A DNA stretch of 64,000 nt from Marsupella aquatica (taxonomy: Eukaryota > Plantae > Marchantiophyta): assembly GCA_973895155.1 (NCBI GenBank), contig OZ316894.1:10154379-10218378 (forward strand). The letters are read 5' to 3'. Below the pieces are notes generated by a model, which worked only from the letters and a program-made list of their open reading frames with translations, searched no databases and was not told the origin of the DNA. Each line of letters begins with the position of its first letter. Position 1 is the first letter of the stretch. The translations under genes and the position numbers were made by a program. Positions 60,608 to 64,000 of this stretch are shown one piece after another.

Positions 60608-62498
60608 AAGAGCATTGACAAGTTTGAAAGCATTCTAAACTTTGCCATTGATTGCGTTGCGCATCACAATTCTTCAAACCCCAAGGAGCAACTTAGCTAG
60701 TTCAACCCTTGCTTCAAGAAGTTCTGCCCACAAGATTTGTGTGCATTTTCCATTCTGCCTCCAATTGCACAATGAGAATGTGAGAACTACAGCGCAAATA
60801 GAAGGATTGCAAAGAAGCACCAGATTTGCACAAGGATTGCACAACACTAGACTACATAATGGAGAGGCAAGACATTGCATACAACCTTTTGATCAACGGT
60901 GGAGAGAGTTCCATTTGTGTTGAGATTGCAACACTCTAGTGGCGGTAGATGGAATTCTACAGGCCTTGGTGGGCACGACTCCCACCAGCCTTTTGAGTGC
61001 AAAAGTCGCCATAGAGTCCGTTTTGGCAGTAGGGAGTATTGCTAGGGATTCAGAAAATTCTGACCAGCTGCCAATTACTTGCTAGAACATCTCAGCTGGT
61101 CCTCTTCGACAGACTGGTGGCAATGTTCTTCCACTTGATAAATTTTGTGTAATTTATCAAAAGGACTTGGGACTGACTGCGGGTCAAAGGACAGGACCAA
61201 CAAAACACATAGACAAAGAAAAAATGATTTAAAAAGTGTTGTCAAACTTGAAAACAAGAAAATACTTAACTAGGCCCCTTGAGAATCTTATGGACTTGAT
61301 GGACCACAAGGATGGATGAGTACTTGATGAGACCCTACAGATGGTTGGCCGTCAAAAATCCAAAAGGTGCATGAAGTTCACCGCTGTGGTGGAGGCGGAC
61401 TGGACGGAAATTCAAAAAGTCCCTAAACTTTCTTCATTAGGTAGCTTGGAATTTAAAGACCACACCAAACAATTTAAGCTCAAACATAATTCAATTTAAA
61501 CTGAATCAACACTTTGTAGGTTTTGTGGCACCCTAAGTCAAGTAGTGGCCTGTGTAGTGGAGGTGGACCAGACGACAACTCTTGACAAAATTAATACATT
61601 TCTGGATTTCACTTGTCCGTCTGAAGGGTCTGGTCAAGTCTTGAATTGAGCTTAGTTTGTGGTCCATGAAGTGCATAAGATGCAAGAGGGGCCTGTTAAG
61701 TCATCAATTTCATAGAATGCAAGAAGGGCCTGGCTTTCCTGACTTGATAATCTATTCTCAATTATTAGGGTATCTAAAAGATGGGTCAGTAGTGAAAGTT
61801 ACGGATTTGTGGTATATCCCATAACTCCGGATGTGGGACCCAGTTATGGAATTTTAAAAACGGCTGGAGGTAGCACTGACCCGCCCTATAAGACAGGAGT
61901 TACGGCCTCACCTCTCCTAGCCTATGTTCTCTTTTCCTCCATTCTTGATCAGCCGCCACCTCAAATGCAACAACTATCACCCTGTCACACGCAAAACCCA
62001 CATGCCTTCCGTTGCAGCTTTCCGGAATTCCGGTCCTGGATTTCCACCTAAAGTTGCAGGAAAGTTACGGGTTAAATGTTGAGTCCGTAGGCTTCCCTTA
62101 TGGTAGCTGAAGATTGCCTCCCATAACTTTTAGGGGAGTGCTGGTAACCCTGGACTTATGGGGGTGGCTTATCTTGTTAGAGCCAGGCTTTGAGAGGCCC
62201 AATTGGAAAAGAAAGGAGAGTAGACAAATGTAAGCCTACCATGGCATCTCTCAATCAGGTGCAAAGGAGGTAGATGAAGAACCAGAGACGATTACGAAGA
62301 CCTTGGAAGGTGCTTTGAGTGCTTCTTTCGTTCTCGTCTACAGTACTGTATCCTTGCTCCCAGTTCCCTACATCGTTCCATCAGTCCTGTACCCACTACT
62401 ACTGTCCCAGCCCAATTGAGACACTACTCACTCCTGATCCAAGGATCACCGTCACAGCAAGAGCTACAAATCTCTTTCTTCTTCTATCGTTCTCTCTC

Positions 62499-62840
62499 AT
62501 GGCAAGTGCACGATCCCTCCTTGCTCTCGTTCCAGCGGCGGCAGCAGTCCCAGTAATTACTGCTTCATTATCACAGCGGCAGAGAACCGCTGCTGGGCTC
62601 AGCCAAGCGCTATCATCGTCGGTTGGTTGTGGATCTGCTGCTGCAGGCGAGAAGCTCACTCTACAGCACAGAAGTAGAGGATTGCTGGGGTGCTCGGCAG
62701 CATCGTCGTCGTTGTCGGGAGGAGGAGGAGGAGGAGGAGCAGGAACAGGACGAGCATCGCTGTTGTTGCTGGTGGCTTCGTCGGCTGCCAATTCAGCGAT
62801 GGCTGTGGCGGAGGAGGAGAAGGAGAAGATTGTGACGGAG
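62499..62840 (+). CDS. First exon of a host gene, probably plastid-targeted; product unknown
   Basis: MASARSLLALVPAAAA..., Ser/Ala/Arg-rich and acid-poor like a transit peptide. CT-rich 5' UTR. Phase-0 donor GAG|GTATGG at 62840/62841, followed by intron-like sequence. Confidence 0.7.
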
Positions 62841-64000
62841 GTATGGTATTTAGCCGTCGTCGCGGGTGATGTTTGGTGCTCTTTCCTTGCAATTGGATTT
62901 GTGTGCTCTGCCTCCTTTGTGAGTGCATGATCGAGGGACAGTGTTGTGCTTCCGCCGAATCCAATGCCGAATCCAATCAGTGTATGTTATGTTGGCCATG
63001 ACGTTATCTTTAACGTAATATTCTCGGTCCTTTGATTTGCTACAATTCTCAGTGTAATGTACAACTGATACCTCTTTTGATGGAGCTCTCTGTAATCGAT
63101 ACAAATATAGGCTTTGTCGTAGAGGATGATCAGTTTGGCAACCATTATTTTGAGACATCCCGCATGTCGGTGACTGTTGTTGACAGCGCTCCCGCTAATT
63201 TGGGTCCCCGTCAGCTCAGCATTGACAGAGCGTAGCCCATGTCCCAGTACTCTGGTTCCTGACAACTTCTGGAGCTGAATTGTTCAAACGGGAATAGGAG
63301 AACACTGATTCAGTAGTTTGGGTTTCCCGCGACGGTAGATGATGACCCAATTCGAGTTTCGGAATTTTACCTATCCTGTTCGTTTCTGTTGCCAGTCAGA
63401 CTTCAGGTCGTTTGGCTCGAGCTTGTGCTGACCTCTCATGTAATCCTAATCAGAAAAAATTCAGCACATTCGAGTTTGTTGTGAATTGTCACCATGAAGG
63501 TTTCGTCGGATGGCCGTTTTCCTTGTGCTGCACCTCCCACCGCGGCTCGCTTTCTCGAACAACGGCAAGAATGGTTCATGATTATTTTGTATCTTGAACG
63601 TGAAGAACAACAGGTCCTTGATACCTATAGATTGGGAAACTACTATACTTATGGATAGAGTGGCTTATTGATGTTTCTGTGATGCAGAGTAATGGATCAA
63701 CAGTTCCTGATCTTCTGGTGAGTATATTGAAAGTTATTTGTCGGCTAATTAAGAGATGCTATGTTGTTCAGCTATTATATGCAGAGTTCACTAGGCCAAG
63801 TGGCAGTCTCTGCATTTGACATTTGACTATCGTCTGTGAATCTGCTGACAATTATAGTTGTATTAAGAATTCCCAGACGCCATTTAGGAACATTCGTGAA
63901 GATAAATAGGAATAGCTGTTCAAGTTTATCGATTCGTTTCGTTCTGAATATATGTCTTGACGGTCTGGATTGGTCGTGGTCGACAGACAGAGTTCATGGT

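Noticed and set aside
58750-61260. PIF/Harbinger-like remnant around the two solo LTRs
   Set aside because: Only vague minus-strand resemblance; no catalytic motifs, TIRs or TSD that I can support.

Overview
Eukaryotic, most likely plant, DNA. A plastid-transit-peptide-like first exon starts at 62499 and the TE families are plant-type; a bryophyte or other non-seed plant is only my guess. About 54 kb (4332-58467) consists of two stacks of nested transposons inserted about 85 bp apart in a degenerate tandem repeat. Stack 1: an old solo LTR (TSD CAAAA) interrupted by a Copia element (4620-20836, TSD GGTAT), which holds a solo LTR and a 10.4-kb CACTA element (10122-20479, TSD TCA). The CACTA carries a SET-domain exon inside the first intron of its transposase gene. 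Stack 2: a Gypsy-type retrotransposon (20973-58467, TSD ATGA) encoding a DNMT3-like cytosine methyltransferase between protease and RT, plus a C-terminal PHD finger. It has split terminal repeats (A...B-A-B) and a self-complementary primer site instead of a tRNA PBS. Nested in it are a 3.1-kb LTR, a MITE (8-bp TSD) and a P-element-like DNA transposon with a BAH-like tail (30381-55065), which is itself split by a very young Athila-like Gypsy (34671-48518, TSD TACTG). All domain calls come from motifs recognised by eye; no database search was run.
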